Notes under the pieces: generated by a model | What the model was told of the DNA's origin: nothing | Database searches by the model: none | Seen by the model: only the letters and a program-made list of their open reading frames with translations | DNA from: Adineta vaga | Lineage: Eukaryota > Animalia > Rotifera | Direction of reading: 5' to 3' | Assembly (NCBI GenBank): GCA_021613535.1 | Contig: CP075497.1 | Coordinates: forward strand, 5,146,001-5,210,000 | DNA length: 64,000 bases | Shown here: positions 1 to 13,803 of the stretch, one piece after another | Layout: each line of letters opens with the position of its first letter | Position numbering within the stretch: position 1 is the first letter of the stretch | Made by a program: the position numbers and the translations under genes

Positions 1-1147
1 TTTTCATATGCTGGATTTGAAATGCAACAAAAGAAATACTTAAAACCAAAAATTGCTTTACTCAATATCGAATTGGAACTTAAAGCTGAACGAGATAATG
101 CAGAAATTCGTTTAGATAATGTTGCAGTAAATTTTACGAATTACTTTCCATACATTCTTTATGAAATTATTTCAAATTTTTATTATATAGGAATATCAAA
201 AAATTGTCGATGCTGAATGGTCAATTCTCTATGGTAAACTTGAAAAACTTCATGCAGCTGGTGTTAATGTTGTTCTTTCTAAATTACCCATTGGTGATGT
301 TGCAACACAGTATTTTGCTGATCGGTAAAATACGGTTGTGTATTTTCTTTTCAACTGTTACTGTTTGTTGCTGTTGTAGAGATATGTTCTGCGCTGGTCG
401 TGTACAAGAAGATGATCTTAAACGTACACAAAAAGCTTGCGGTGGTGCAATAATAACAACAGTAGAAAACTTGAATGATCCAGCTCAACAAGTATTTGGT
501 ACCTGTGAAATTTTAGAAGAAATGCAAATTGGTTCAGAACGTTATAACTTTTTTACCGGTTGTCCAAAAGCTAGAACAGCAACAATGATCTTACGTGGTG
601 GTGCTGAACAATTCATTGATGAAGTTGAACGTTCATTACATGATGCCATTATGATTGTTCGACGTGCAGTCAAAAATGATTCGATTGTTGCTGGTGGTGG
701 AGCAATTGAAATGGCTTTAAGTCGTACTTTACGAGAATACAGTCGAACAGTAGCTGGTAAAGAACAATTAATCATTGCTGCATATGCTAAAGCATTCGAG
801 GTTATACCAAGACAATTATGTGAAAATGCAGGTTTTGATGCAACAAATATTTTAAATAAACTTCGACAAAAACATGCTGAAAGTAGGAATTACATGACTG
901 AATTTATCTCTTTTTTCTGATTATTTGACTTCTCATAGATAATACTTGGTTCGGTGTTGATATTATGCATGAAGATGTTAGTGACAACTTTGCTGCAGCT
1001 GTTTGGGAACCAGCTGTTGTAAAAATTAATGCTATAACTGCTGCAAGTGAAGCTGCTTGTATGATTTTAAGCGTTGATGAAACAATTAAAGTACCTAAAT
1101 CAACAGGTGAACCATCGAATGCTGCTAAAGCCATGAATATGGTTTAA
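1..1147 (+). CDS. CCT7: T-complex protein 1 subunit eta (CCT7), 3' portion, multi-exon
   Basis: [82 protein letters not shown]; introns about 127-190, 325-379, 883-938; gene begins upstream of window. Confidence 0.95.
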
Positions 1148-1594
1148 ATCAAGATGAATGAATGATGGTGACTTTTGTTATTCTTGTTATAATTGTTAAA
1201 CGGTTTATTAGTCACTTCGTTTGTTTTTTGTAGGCTTCTGTGTGATGTGTGTTTTTTCCCATCTTCTTTTTTTCGAACTACAGTTAAACATGTTACACTT
1301 ATAAAGCAAACGCTTAAGCGTCTAATATCTTCTTTTTTTATTAACAAAAAATATAACCCGATCAAACAAAAAAACGATTCTATTAAATTTTTTCATAAAA
1401 TTTTTAATTTTTTTTAAGGGAATCGTTGAAATGATGTCAGAAAAGTTTTCTTCTATACATAGTCATAAGACAAATATTATCTTTTGTTATTTGAGTAAGA
1501 ATCAAAAGCAAAATAAGAACAAAGACACACATATTTATCATTTGCAAAAGCAAAGATTTTATTTTTGCAGCTTTTTTAGAATACACGAATAGTT

Positions 1595-2420
1595 ATGTCA
1601 ATATGTCTTCCTCATACGATTAAATACCAATTAACCTGTTGTCCATCGGTACATGATGTTCCATCTGAAGTAAATGATTTATTCATTAGAAAGAATATTA
1701 TTATCATTTATATTCTACGAAATTTAGATCAATGCTGCGACAGTCTTCGCTGTATCCGATACTTGTTTACTTCTAATTAATAATGGCATTGATCGACTTC
1801 TTTTATTTGATCTTTCCTTATCTTCATTAAAAATACATGATATCAATTGGCCTAGTGATATTTATGGAGCTATTCGAGACATTTGTTGGGCGAAATATAT
1901 CAATACATTTTTGATCTTAGGAGAAGATGTTCTTTGTTCATATTCTCCTAACTCAAATCAATTAGTAGTTCAAGTAGAAAATCCATCTCTTAACGATCGA
2001 TTTTGGTCATTGACTGTGCTTGATTGTGATGTTTATATTCTACACCGATGTGATACTCTTTATCGATACATACCATCATGGACATTAACACATACATGGT
2101 CACGTGCAGATTTAATTGATGCAAATCATCACGATCAATTTATTGGACAAATTCGTGCACATGCATCAACAGGTGTTATAGCATTACTTATTCGATTGAA
2201 ACGACATCAGCAATGGCGAATTGATTTGTTTGATCGAACAATGCGAAAACTTTATTCGGGAGAAGTTATTCGAATGGCTTCTGCTTATCCCAAACTTTTA
2301 CTTCAATCTTTTGGACGTTATGGACAATGGATATTAATGAGTGAAAACTATATTTGGTTAATCAATTCTAAAGCTCATTTTCTTGAACGTTGTACCCGAC
2401 AACATGAATTAACAGAATAA
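1595..2420 (+). CDS. Uncharacterised protein, possibly beta-propeller-like and lineage-specific
   Basis: ATG 1595, GT-AG intron about 1670-1728, then an open frame (INAATVFAVSDTCLLLINNGIDRLLLFDLSLSS...DICWAKYINTFLILGED...) continuing into ORF 1911-2420; 3' end uncertain. Confidence 0.55.
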
Positions 2421-5400
2421 AGTTGTCGTTTCAAAAATCATGCTTCTATTTTGTTAGAGATGAAATGTCTTGTCAGATGAAGAATATGGTTTTTTGCAAA
2501 TAAATATGAATATGACAAGAGAATTAAGTAACCGTAAAAATAAGTACAAATTTCTTTGCTTTGATATCGTAACTTTCATAATGTACATGTTTTTCTTTGT
2601 TCTTTTTCTGAATTTTTAAAATAAATATTGTCAATGCTAAGATAGGTTGTACTTCGAATAATTTATGATGAGATGATATTTGAGATTATGTAGAATACTT
2701 TACATGAGTGATATTATTCACAGGACAAAGCAAATACATTAGAACATCGGTATTGATAACTTGTAAATATTTACTTTACTAGTATCGATGTTTAGTGTAA
2801 TAATGGTGTTTTATCTTCATTTCAGTATACATCTCCTGCGAAACATACCTGATGGTCAGTACAATAGTTTCTCCATAGAAATTTGTTTCTATGAAACATA
2901 GATTTAATATTACACCTTTGGCGATATTTTTAATTTAGTTAGCTAATATGTTTTGCTGCTTCTTTTTAATCATTATACTGTATTTCGATAGAAACATTTT
3001 TCTCGAAACTGAATTCAAATTTTAATAATCACTATGCAGAAAACACATATACTATGAACGCTTCGAAATCAGTAATATTTTTATTATGAAATCATGTAAA
3101 AGTCATATTACTTTATTGTAATGTATAAATGTAAATGGACAAGTCGCTTACGAAGAATAATGGTAACGATTCAATCTTTTTTTCTGTATGTCTATTTATA
3201 GTATTAGTCTTGTTCGTGTGAAATGTCTCATATAAGCTTATATCAGTCAGAGACGTATAAGTGCTACGTATTTTGATTTGGGCATCTGATGTCGTAACAG
3301 AAAATAGTATGTTGAAAGCGATGATGTCTGTTGTTTTCAGTCTGTATATCTTCTTGATCGTATACAGCCTTCGTTAACGACTGTGCCGTTTTAACCTCGG
3401 ATGTCATATCTATATATTTATTGAGTGCAGCTTGATTAGACAGTAATCTGACGATATCTTTTCTTTGTCTAATCAAAAAGCCATAGCTATGTTAAATATA
3501 TTTTTGAGAACAGTACGTTTGTAGATTCATATAATCCTTCATTTCGGTAAAAGAATTCTGCTATCTGTAGAGAAGTATCAGACCTCCTTTTGAACAATGA
3601 TTCTTTTAGTAATTTCAATAACTTGGGATCTTTTTGTTCGTTTTTGTCCCTATCTTCTTATAATATCTGCCTCTTGTTTTTCTTCTCGTTCTGACATTGA
3701 GAGAATGTTAAGGCAAGTTCATATCATTGAACTGATTAGGATGCCTTGAAAAAAGTAAAGAGAAAAGCAGAAAAATTCTGCATTGACAGAGAGACTCGAA
3801 AAACGGAATAGAGTCGCAACCTGGAGAAAAAGAAAGGAAGGATATATAAGGTGATTCGCTCTTTTATCCTTAGCAGTAATTGGTTTTGATAATATAAAAA
3901 TAAAAAATTGCATTTCAGAGTTGTCCAAACATTGTGAACTTCCTTCTTTCTCACGTTTTACATCTATTAAATTGAACTCATACAACTTTTCCGTTACACA
4001 CTATCCAGGCAAATTGTGATAAAAAATATCATCTTATACTTTATAAAAGTGTAATAAAGTCTTGAATAAACTAATTCAAACTTTACAGAATGATTTGCTG
4101 ATGTTTCTTGAATACGCGAACACGAATCAATAATTTAGTTGGAAAGTTGTTCAATATCGATTTTCAAAATCTGACTCAATGTTTCTTTCTTATAACTTCA
4201 TTTTTTGTGAGACACCAATATACAACGGTGTAACAACTACTATAGTAAAGAATATTTTGTTCTACTGCTTCTCAGAACAGAGGTATTCAACTAAAATCCA
4301 ATTAGACTTTTTATTAAAGGAATTCAAAATGTTTGAACATAAATATATCGTATTATTTTGTTGTTTCCTATAGGAAACATTACTTCGCATTTATTATCTT
4401 ACACTCATCTATTCATTCAAGTATCATTATATTGTGCTCACTAACATAGTGTCGATTACATTCTTAACGCATTGCTATGTTTTTGTGATGCAAGATAAAT
4501 ATGCTGGTTTCATATAATGACTAATTGTATTACGGGACGTATGAAAATGATATCTGGACTTTGCCTTTATTCTATGAATAATATCAAATGTCCTCGTATA
4601 CGGTAAAATGAGATGTTCGATTCGTTGAATACAAACTATTCTCATTAATGTGCACTGAACTAAAAGTATGTGAAATGCAATTTGAAAACGAAACGTCTTT
4701 TCGTTTCTCAATAGTGAAAAAATTTTGTCTTTCTTCTTACTCTTTGATGTAATTTCGCTTTTAATTATCAATAAACTATACAAGAAGAAAACGATGAACA
4801 TTGTCAATTCTTTTTTGACACAAATATAAGGAAGATCTTGAATTTATTTTCAAAAGTGAGACACTTGGTTTGTAAACATCTTATTTATTCAATAAACATT
4901 ATAAGACTACATAAAAATATCATATAAATAAGTTTTGGACATTTGTACTCTTTCATAAATAGTATACTACATGAGACTATGATTGAGTCGGTCGATTTAA
5001 ATCAAAGAATTAAACACCAGAATCTGTTGCATAATGAATTCAGTATAAAATACTTATATCTACTTAGTTGATATTTCCTTATTGCACAGCTGAATACATG
5101 TCATCAGTTTAGATTGTTCTGGAGAGACTCTTCTTTTTTGGGAATTGTAGCAAGGGTTTCGGATTAATGTTTTTCAATGATTCAGTTGGTATAGCGTTTG
5201 ATCGATTAGTACGAAAATTCCAGGATATTCGATAGTAAAACAAAAAAGTAATTCCAACAACTCATGAATACCTTCTTAGTTAACTATCTTCGATCTACTA
5301 TGTGAATAATTCTTTCATTTCGAGAAACATAAAATTTGTAGATACTCATATTTTCTATCCTGCTTTAATTATACTTATCAATAGAGCTTATTAACATGAG

Positions 5401-6890
5401 TACTTAGTTTAGACAGAATGAGTCTGGATATTCACTTTTCAATCTAAGTGGTATACACTAAACGTCAATAAGTAAAGACAAAATGATCATAAGTCTTGGA
5501 TTGATTGATTAGAAGTACACATTATTTTTCGGTTATTTCTTCTAAGAAAAGATTCAATAATATGTTAAACTTGTAATAACTTTGATTTTTATACTTTTTG
5601 GCAGTATGATTAACAATAATATATTTCTTTTAGAAAAAAAGCAACCAAATGTTCACATACAAATTCTATCATGTCAAAAACAATTCGAGAAAATATTCCA
5701 TTTCTTTTATTTATTCACTTAAATATTCCCCATCATCATATCGTCTCAATAATATTTTTTTCTGTTATTGCTCGAAAAGCGAGTAACTATGCTTAGAGAA
5801 TAGAATAAATAACATCATCATTAAAAGAAAAAAAATGATGAGTCTGTGTTGTTTTTACTTATAGATGAAACTATGACACACTTCGAAAGGATTAGAAAAA
5901 AGTTTTTCTTCTTATATATGAGCAATAAATAGCTTATTTAGAAAGAGAATAATCGATGATCAACATTTTTAAGAATGAGTAAAAACTAACAGACGTCTTA
6001 TCGTTCCTTTGATACGAAGAAAAAAGGAATAAAAAAATGTTTTAAAATAACTTTTCTTCCTTTTTTTCTTTCTCGGTAGATTTTTTACCCCTCAAGTGTT
6101 TGTTTTTGTTTCTTTTCTGTCTCAATTTTGTGTAATTCTTTTTACCTCGCATACACATATATCTATATACACATAAAACACGAGTAACTTGTACTCGCTC
6201 TTCTCAACGTCTGTTACTCGAATAAGAAAGAAGGAAGAAAGAAAAGAGAAAAACTTGTGCACATATTCTACACGTGTAACTTTCCTTTTCAGTTACATAT
6301 ACAACTACATTCATTCACTTTCTTCTCATATTCTCTTCGCTCGCATCTTCCTTTTTTTTGTTTGACACGCACACTGTTTCGTGGCTTTTGTGTGTCTTTG
6401 TATCGACGTCTTTTTTATTCTTCTTCTTCTCCTCTTGATTCTCGAGCGCCCAAACACATACGCAAAATCGTCATTTGTATTTTTATGCCCTCATTGCGCT
6501 CTCTTTCTTCTCATTGCTTGTTGACGTTGCTTTGCATTTTTTCTTCTCTTTCTTTTCTCTCTTTCTATCGTGTGTGTGTATTTGCGTGGCCTGTACGCAC
6601 GTTCTTCATCTTCTTTTTCTTCTCTTTTTTTCTCTGATTCTACAATGCCAACATCATGAGCGCCGCCCGACTGATCGACAGTCGACGACTACACGCTTTG
6701 CGTAGTTGAAAGAATCGAATGGCAGTAGTGGCAACAGCAGCAGTAGAAACTCAAAGAAACAACGACATTAACAACTTTACATTCAATCTTTAATACTATA
6801 TAGTTTGATTACTTTTTGTTTTTTATATTCGTGTGTGTATTTCTTTTCTCTCTCTCTCTCCATCTCGCTCTATCTGTTCTTAACCGACTT

Positions 6891-6915
6891 CATCCATCCA
6901 TCCATCCATCCATCC
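6891..6915. repeat. (CATC)n microsatellite upstream of MNT
   Basis: catccatccatccatccatccatcc. Confidence 0.9.
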
Positions 6916-7008
6916 AACCAACGTTATTATTATCATTCGATATCTTTGAAAGAAGAAAAAGAAAATCATTTCGAAATAATATTATTTATCTAAAATCTAA
7001 TCGTCGCG

Positions 7009-10000
7009 ATGATGAATATTGAAACTTTGTTACAAGCGGCACAAATTTTGGAAAGCCAACAATCGATGCCACCTAAAAAACGACTGGCTAGAGGTGAGTA
7101 TGACTCATGTAGTCTTTTTCCTCCTCTGTTTCTCTTCCTCTCCCTTTCTTTTCCTCTTATACTACAAGGACCTAACGTTGTAGAAAATCCCACGTGCATC
7201 ATGAATGACTCGTCCACGTGGTTAACAATCAACTTCTATAAACATATGAAAATAGTTGAAAGATCTTTAAAGAAAAAACGAGCATATTACATAACTGTTT
7301 TCTTTATTGAATAGACTTATGAAAGATTTAATCAGATTTTTTCTTAAATGAATGACAATTGTCCTTGTTTTTCACTTTATGTTAAGGTTGATTGAGCCAG
7401 GTAACTCATGTTTCTCGCAAGCATTTATATGTATGTGCTTCTAACTTGTTTTCGTAGTGACACACTCGATCGATCACACGACTATATTCGTTGTCGTTAT
7501 CGACCTAGCGAAGTAGTGGTAATAGTAAAAAGCAGGAAAGATTCGCTCATGTGTGACGTGCATCGATAGGAGCATTCAATCCAATTTTTTTGCTTGTCGT
7601 CGATTACTCTTTTTCGATAGTAGAAGGATATATTTTACGTTTTCTTCTCAGTCTTATTATATTAAGTACGGAAAACTTGAAATATGCAACATGGAATGAT
7701 ATTGTTCAGAAGTGAGTACCTTATTCTTTGTTAAGTTTTTTCGCCATGTTTTTGTTCCTTCAGAGCGACGAGAGTATTTCTTTTGAAAAGTCAGATTTAA
7801 AAGAAACATGCTTTCACAATGTTCAAAAATATCAAGTAGTTTAAATCAGATATTTTGTTTGTATATAGAAATCTCTGAGATATATACACGCGTGTGCGTG
7901 TTATATTCATTTCCTTCTTCTTCGTTCTTATTCTTCTCCTCTTTCGTCATCGTGTCTGCCTAACGGCTCGCTTATTGAGCCGGACAGACGGCCGTGCATA
8001 TATAGTGAGTGATTTTGAAAGAAAAGACCAAATCGTCACAACAGATACATATATATATATATACTCTTATCTATTTTCTTAACGAGTGCATGTGTATTGC
8101 AATAATGTGGTGGAGTATGTCATTTATTTTCTATCATCGAACTTAATTTTGATTAATATTTTAGGCGATCGCCAAACTCCTACTAATCCTATTCCAACAA
8201 GTGTTCTTTCGTCTACAACAATCAATACAAATCCAACAATACTATCCGCATCGTCACCCCCACCTCCACCACTACCGCCATCATTGTCATTAACTAAAAA
8301 TGAACATCTTGTAGAATATCCGCAACGTGATCTTAATCTTAATTTACATCATCTTAATCATCTTGCTCAACAACAATCACGTTTATCTCAAAAACAACGT
8401 TTTACATCCGATCGAAGTGATATTGGCGATGACGATGATGATGATGATGATGATCCTGATCGAAATATTGATGGAAACAGTGATGCATCAAATCGGTAAT
8501 ATCCCTTACTAGATAAATGAAATTAATTCGATTGATTTTTAATAAAATTTTGTTTCTTTAGTGTCCAAACAGCATGTTTCCGCGATCGAGAAATTCACAA
8601 TCGATTAGAAAAACATCGGTGAGTGACGACATCTATTATTTTCGGTTGATTAAGTCTAAGTTTTTTTTCCTCAATTAAAACTCATTTGCAAATCTTTTGA
8701 ATAGAAAAATCTGAAAAAAATTACTCGAGACTAATTTTAATTGAGCTAATAGGAGTCAGATATATGAAAATATCCATAAAACTTTAGTTAACACTATCAA
8801 TTTTCTGATTCTTTTTCTCTTATGGTATCTCCGAAAGAAACTCGAAGGTATCTAAAGTCTTTCATCGAAAATATACATTTTTTTGTTTTTTGTTTTAGAC
8901 GTGCTCATTTAAAAGGTTGCTTTGATAATCTTAAAGCCGAAGTACCATGTCAACGAGATCGAAAAATAACAAATCTTCAAGTATTAAATCTAGCTATCAA
9001 ATACATTCAAGTAAAACTTTTCATAAATCTCAAATTAATTATCAATATTTATTTCATTGTAGACATTATCACGTAAAGAACGTGAATATGAACATGAAAT
9101 TGCTTTATTAACGGCACGAAATATAGAATTACAACAACGACTTCGTACACTTAAAACTGATTTGAATGCAGAAGGACATAATGTGGATACTTGGCTTGAT
9201 TCCTGTCCAGATGTTGATCGTTCAGTATCAACTCGTACAGCTTCCGAAGCAGAAATGTATCGAACATTTGATGATGCCGATGATGATTATGATGATATGA
9301 ATTCTTCAACATTCGAAAATAAATTAATGAATGGACATGATGATTTAGATCCCAATAATAATCATCCTGGTATTCGAACAAATCTAAACAATACATGTGA
9401 GTGTTTCGCTTTTACTATTTGCTAAAAAATGTGCTTTGCTTTTGCTTTGTTTTGTTTGCAAATAAACAGCGAAATGCTTTAGCTGCTTCTTTAATCATAT
9501 CTTTTCGAGAATAGGAAAAAAAAGAATAAATGTCTGATATTTTTTTCTTCAGATACGATCGATTCCAAAATCTTATTAAATAATCGAAAATCTTCAACAC
9601 GTCAACGACCAAGGCCATCCAAGAGAAAATTATCTTCAATTCCAACTACAAACCTTTTACAAACTTTAGCAACATCAATCCCAACACGTTCAGAAAATTT
9701 ATTGGATTATAATATTGCACGACATCTTCGTCTCGATCAACCATGTAATTTATTAACATCAGTTCAAGATAATTTTTCTTCAACAGCAGCATTAACACCA
9801 ATAACTGATATTCGATATGAAATTGTTGATCTATTTACAAAAGGTACAAATTCACATATACAGCAACATCAACAACAACAAAGTTCGCCATTACCGTCCA
9901 TAGCAAGTTTAATGAATAGACATTCATCACCTATTGTTTCACCTACAAAACAAACAATTGGCATTAATACGGATCCTTTAACAACATCGACAACCAATAT

Positions 10001-10028
10001 TTTACATCAACCTGTTGCTACATCGTGA
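7009..10028 (+). CDS. MNT: MAX-binding protein MNT (Sin3-interaction domain + bHLH-Zip repressor), about 6 exons
   Basis: N-terminal SID MNIETLLQAAQILE; spliced bHLHZ REIHNRLEKHRRAHLKGCFDNLKAEVP...NLQVLNLAIKYIQTLSRKEREYEHEIALL; exons about 7009-7093, 8165-8496, 8561-8618, 8899-9009, 9063-9396, 9553-10028. Confidence 0.9.
7191..7220. promoter_or_regulatory. Paired canonical E-boxes (CACGTG) in MNT intron 1
   Basis: CACGTG at 7191-7196 and 7215-7220; a third at 6271-6276 upstream of the gene. Confidence 0.45.
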
Positions 10029-10343
10029 TCATATTATTTTTTTTTCTTGTTTCCTCTTTTCTTTTTCTCCTTGGCTTGTCTTCTAATGTTTTAATTCCTT
10101 TTCTTTTTTCGAAGTACATATATCTATATAGATATACTTATATACATATATATCAGTGAGCCATCAGAAAAATAAAATGAACTGTAATTATATAATAAAC
10201 GATATGAAATATTTGAATATTTGCAAATGAAAAACCAAACTTTTCTTTTTTCTTCTATAACTAAAGATTCTATGTAAATATTATTGTGATTCTACCAAGA
10301 ATATACGAGGAAAGGAAAGAACAAAAAAATAAAAAGAGAAGAG

Positions 10344-10414
10344 TGCACTGGCCGGGAATCGGACCCGGGTCGCCCGCGTGGCAAGCGAGCATTCTACCAC
10401 TGAACCACCAGTGC
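10344..10414 (-). tRNA. tRNA-Gly(GCC) with variant T-loop
   Basis: GCACTGGTGGTTCAGTGGTAGAATGCTCGCTTGCCACGCGGGCGACCCGGGTCCGATTCCCGGCCAGTGCA folds as a cloverleaf with anticodon GCC; oligo-T Pol III terminator just downstream. Confidence 0.93.
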
Positions 10415-10777
10415 TTGATATTAACTGACATATATTTGTATTTTAATCCAACTGAAAGCGATATTTTAAAAATAGATTTCTTAAAAAATGAAGTGAATCG
10501 TTGCTTCATACTGTATAGAATATGATTATATCGAAAGAATTTCATGTAAATTGTCAATGTAAAAACAAGTCAGACGTTGAGTTGTTCTTTATCATTTGAA
10601 ATTTGATGTTTAGGTACTTTTTACGATTAATCGAATATCTTTTCTTATTCTTTTCCTTCTATTTGATAAGAATTAACAAACAAAAGTTATCTGATCGTCT
10701 TAAGAACACCTCGCGAAAGGTGAAAAAGAAGAATACTGACATTTTCAATCTTTTTTTCTTCAGTTGTGTTGCTCGCT

Positions 10778-12727
10778 ATGTCGTCAAAAAACTATTCAGC
10801 AAAATTAACTCAGAATAGAGAATATGGGACAGCTCAAGCTATGTTATATGCAACTGGTCTTACTGAACGAGATATGGATCGACCACAAGTTGGCATTGTT
10901 TCAATGTGGTACGAAGGAAATCCATGTAATATGCATTTAGCTCGTTTAGCAGATTATGTAAAAGCATCAATGCAAGAAACGATAGATCAAAATAATCTTG
11001 TTGGAATGCGTTTTAATACGATCGGTGTTAGTGATGCTATATCTATGGGTACAGATGGTATGTCATATTCATTGCCATCACGTGATTTAATTGCTGATTC
11101 AATTGAAACTGTAATGAGTGCACATTGGTATGATGGCTTGGTCACAGTACCTGGTTGTGATAAAAATATGCCTGGATGTGTAATTGCTATGGCTCGACTT
11201 AATCGTCCAGCATTGATGATTTATGGTGGAACTATTGGAGCTGGACATACAACAGTAGGTCCATGTACTCGAACAATTGATATCGAATCAACATTTGAAG
11301 CATATACACAATATGTGAAAAAAGAAATAACTGATGAGCAAAGACAAGATGTTGTCCGACATGCTTGTCCTGGAGGTAAGGTTGATTGTTTTGGAAACTT
11401 CCATCATCGATCATTTTATTTATTCAAAGGGAGCTTGTGGTGGTCTATACACTGCTAATACAATGGCTGTAGCAATTGAATCGATGGGTCTTTCATTGCC
11501 ATATAGTTCTTCAACACCTGCAGCAGATCCATTGAAATTAGATGAATGTAAACGTGCAGTAGAAGCAATACGAATATTACTTGAAAAAGATATTAAACCT
11601 AAAGATATCATGACTCGAAAAGCATTTGAAAATGCTATTACTGTGGTAAGATATGTACTTGTACTAACATTGAGTACATGTTTTCTTTTTGTATGTAATC
11701 AACTAGACAAATGCTCTTGGTGGTTCTACGAATTCAGTTCTTCATTTAATTGCCATGGGTCATGCTGCTGATGTTCCAATAACGTTAGAAGACTTTCAAG
11801 AAATTGCACATCGTACTCCATATATTGCTGATCTTCGTCCATCAGGAAAATATCTAATGGCTGATTTACATTCTATTGGAGGAACACCTGCTGTACTTAA
11901 ATATTTACTATCACAAGGTATTTTTGAAATTGTGATAATATCATATTCTGTATAGAATCCTTTTTTTTCTGCGTGTCTTAGGTAGAATTCATGGTGACAT
12001 AATGACAGTGACGGGCAAGACACTTGCTGAAAATTTAGCTGAATGTCGTGATTTGGGTTTTATCGAAGGTAGACCGTCAACTGTTCGTCCGGGTGTTGGA
12101 CCAGGTAATCAAGATCTTATTCATTCAATTGACCGTCCATTGAAAGCAAGTGGTCATCTTCAAATTCTTCGCGGTAATTTAGCTCCTGATGGTGCTGTAG
12201 CAAAAATCACAGGGAAAGAAGGTCTTTGGTTCGAAGGATGTGCAATTGTCTATGATAGTGAGGAATTAATGATTGAAGGATTATTTCGTGGTGATATTCA
12301 AAAGAATTCAGGTATGAAATATGTCGTTGTAGTTCGATATGAAGGTCCACGTGGTGGTCCTGGTATGCCAGAAATGTTGAAACCAACAGCAATGATTATG
12401 GGTGCAGGTCTTGGTCAAGATTGTGCATTAATTACCGATGGACGATTTAGTGGAGCATCGCATGGATTTATTGTTGGTCATATTTGTCCAGAAGCCGCTG
12501 TTGGTGGACCGATAGCTTTAATACAAAATGGCGATATTATTTCAGTAAAATTAACAACAAATGGTGGTGGTGGTACATTAAATTTACATGTGTCCGATGA
12601 AGAATTGATCGATCGACGTACAAAATGGAAGTTACCTGTCAAAGCTAATATACCTACAAAAGGATATCTACGAAAATATGTACAATGTGTACAATCTGCA
12701 TCAAATGGATGTATTACAGATGGTTAA
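10778..12727 (+). CDS. ilvD: Dihydroxy-acid dehydratase (IlvD/ILV3 family), 4 exons; probable horizontally acquired gene
   Basis: [89 protein letters not shown]; introns about 11381-11429, 11647-11706, 11918-11981. Confidence 0.96.
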
Positions 12728-13001
12728 AAATTTTTGTGATCGTGATTTGATACTTCTTTAAAATATGAATTGTAGAAAATAGTTTCTTTTTTTTTCATCA
12801 AATAAATCATTTCAAAACGAATACATCGCATAGATGCAGAAGAAGTTGCAAATTTTCTGTCTGTCGACTAACACCATCTATGATGCTTGTGATTGGTATG
12901 TGTTTTTTTTATTAGATGTGTCCAGAAAATATTATCTTCTCTTATTTTATTTCATTTTGTTCTGTTTGATCTTGTTTACTAGTTCTAGTTATATATTTTA
13001 G

Positions 13002-13803
13002 ATGCTTCTACGAAAATTATTTAATCGGCAATCAATTGCCATTTCATCTTCACTTGTTAATCGTTGTATTTCGACAAGTTCATATCGATTAGCTTCGGAT
13101 AAAGAATTTGTTCATCGTGATACAAAAAAAAATAATTCCGATGTTAAATTTGATTTTACACCGGAAAATTATAAACGAGTCGAAGCAATTCTTGCTATGT
13201 ACCCCGAAGGACATCAATCAGCAGCAGTTATACCATTGCTCGATCTTGCCCAACGACAACATGATGGTTGGTTACCATTATCAGCAATGAATAAAGTAGC
13301 AGAAGTTCTTAAAATGGCCCGTATGCGTGTTTATGAGGTAAAATTAGTCTTAATAATAATAGAAAGTTTTTATTTAGAAATTATTCATTTAGGTTGCGAC
13401 ATTTTATACGATGTTTAATCGAAATCCTATTGGAAAATATCATATTCAAGTGTGTACAACAACTCCATGTTGGTTATGTAATTCGGATGGAATTTTAAAA
13501 GCAATCGAAAATAAATTAGGTATTCATGTTGGTCAAACAACATCCGATGGTTTATTTACATTATCAGAAGCAGAATGTCTTGGAGCATGTGTCAATGCAC
13601 CAATGTTATCGATTAATGATGATTATTATGAAGATCTTACAGAAAAAGATATCATCGAAGTTTTAGATGAAATTAAAAAAGGTGGTAAACCAAAAGCAGG
13701 TCCACGATCTAAACGTTATGCAGCTGAACCACTTGCTGGACTTACATCGTTAACAGAAGAACCCAAAGGACCTGGTTATCAACTCCGTAAAGAACTCCAA
13801 TAA
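13002..13803 (+). CDS. NDUFV2: NADH dehydrogenase (ubiquinone) flavoprotein 2, 24 kDa subunit
   Basis: Mitochondrial presequence, [30 protein letters not shown] across intron about 13338-13391, CTTTPC and [10 protein letters not shown] [2Fe-2S] ligands. Confidence 0.97.

Noticed and set aside
6257-7022. Phe/Leu/Ser-rich ORFs resembling membrane proteins
   Set aside because: Translations of pyrimidine-rich promoter/UTR sequence
10270-10557. ORFs on both strands (95 aa and 79 aa)
   Set aside because: They span the tRNA-Gly gene and have no protein signature
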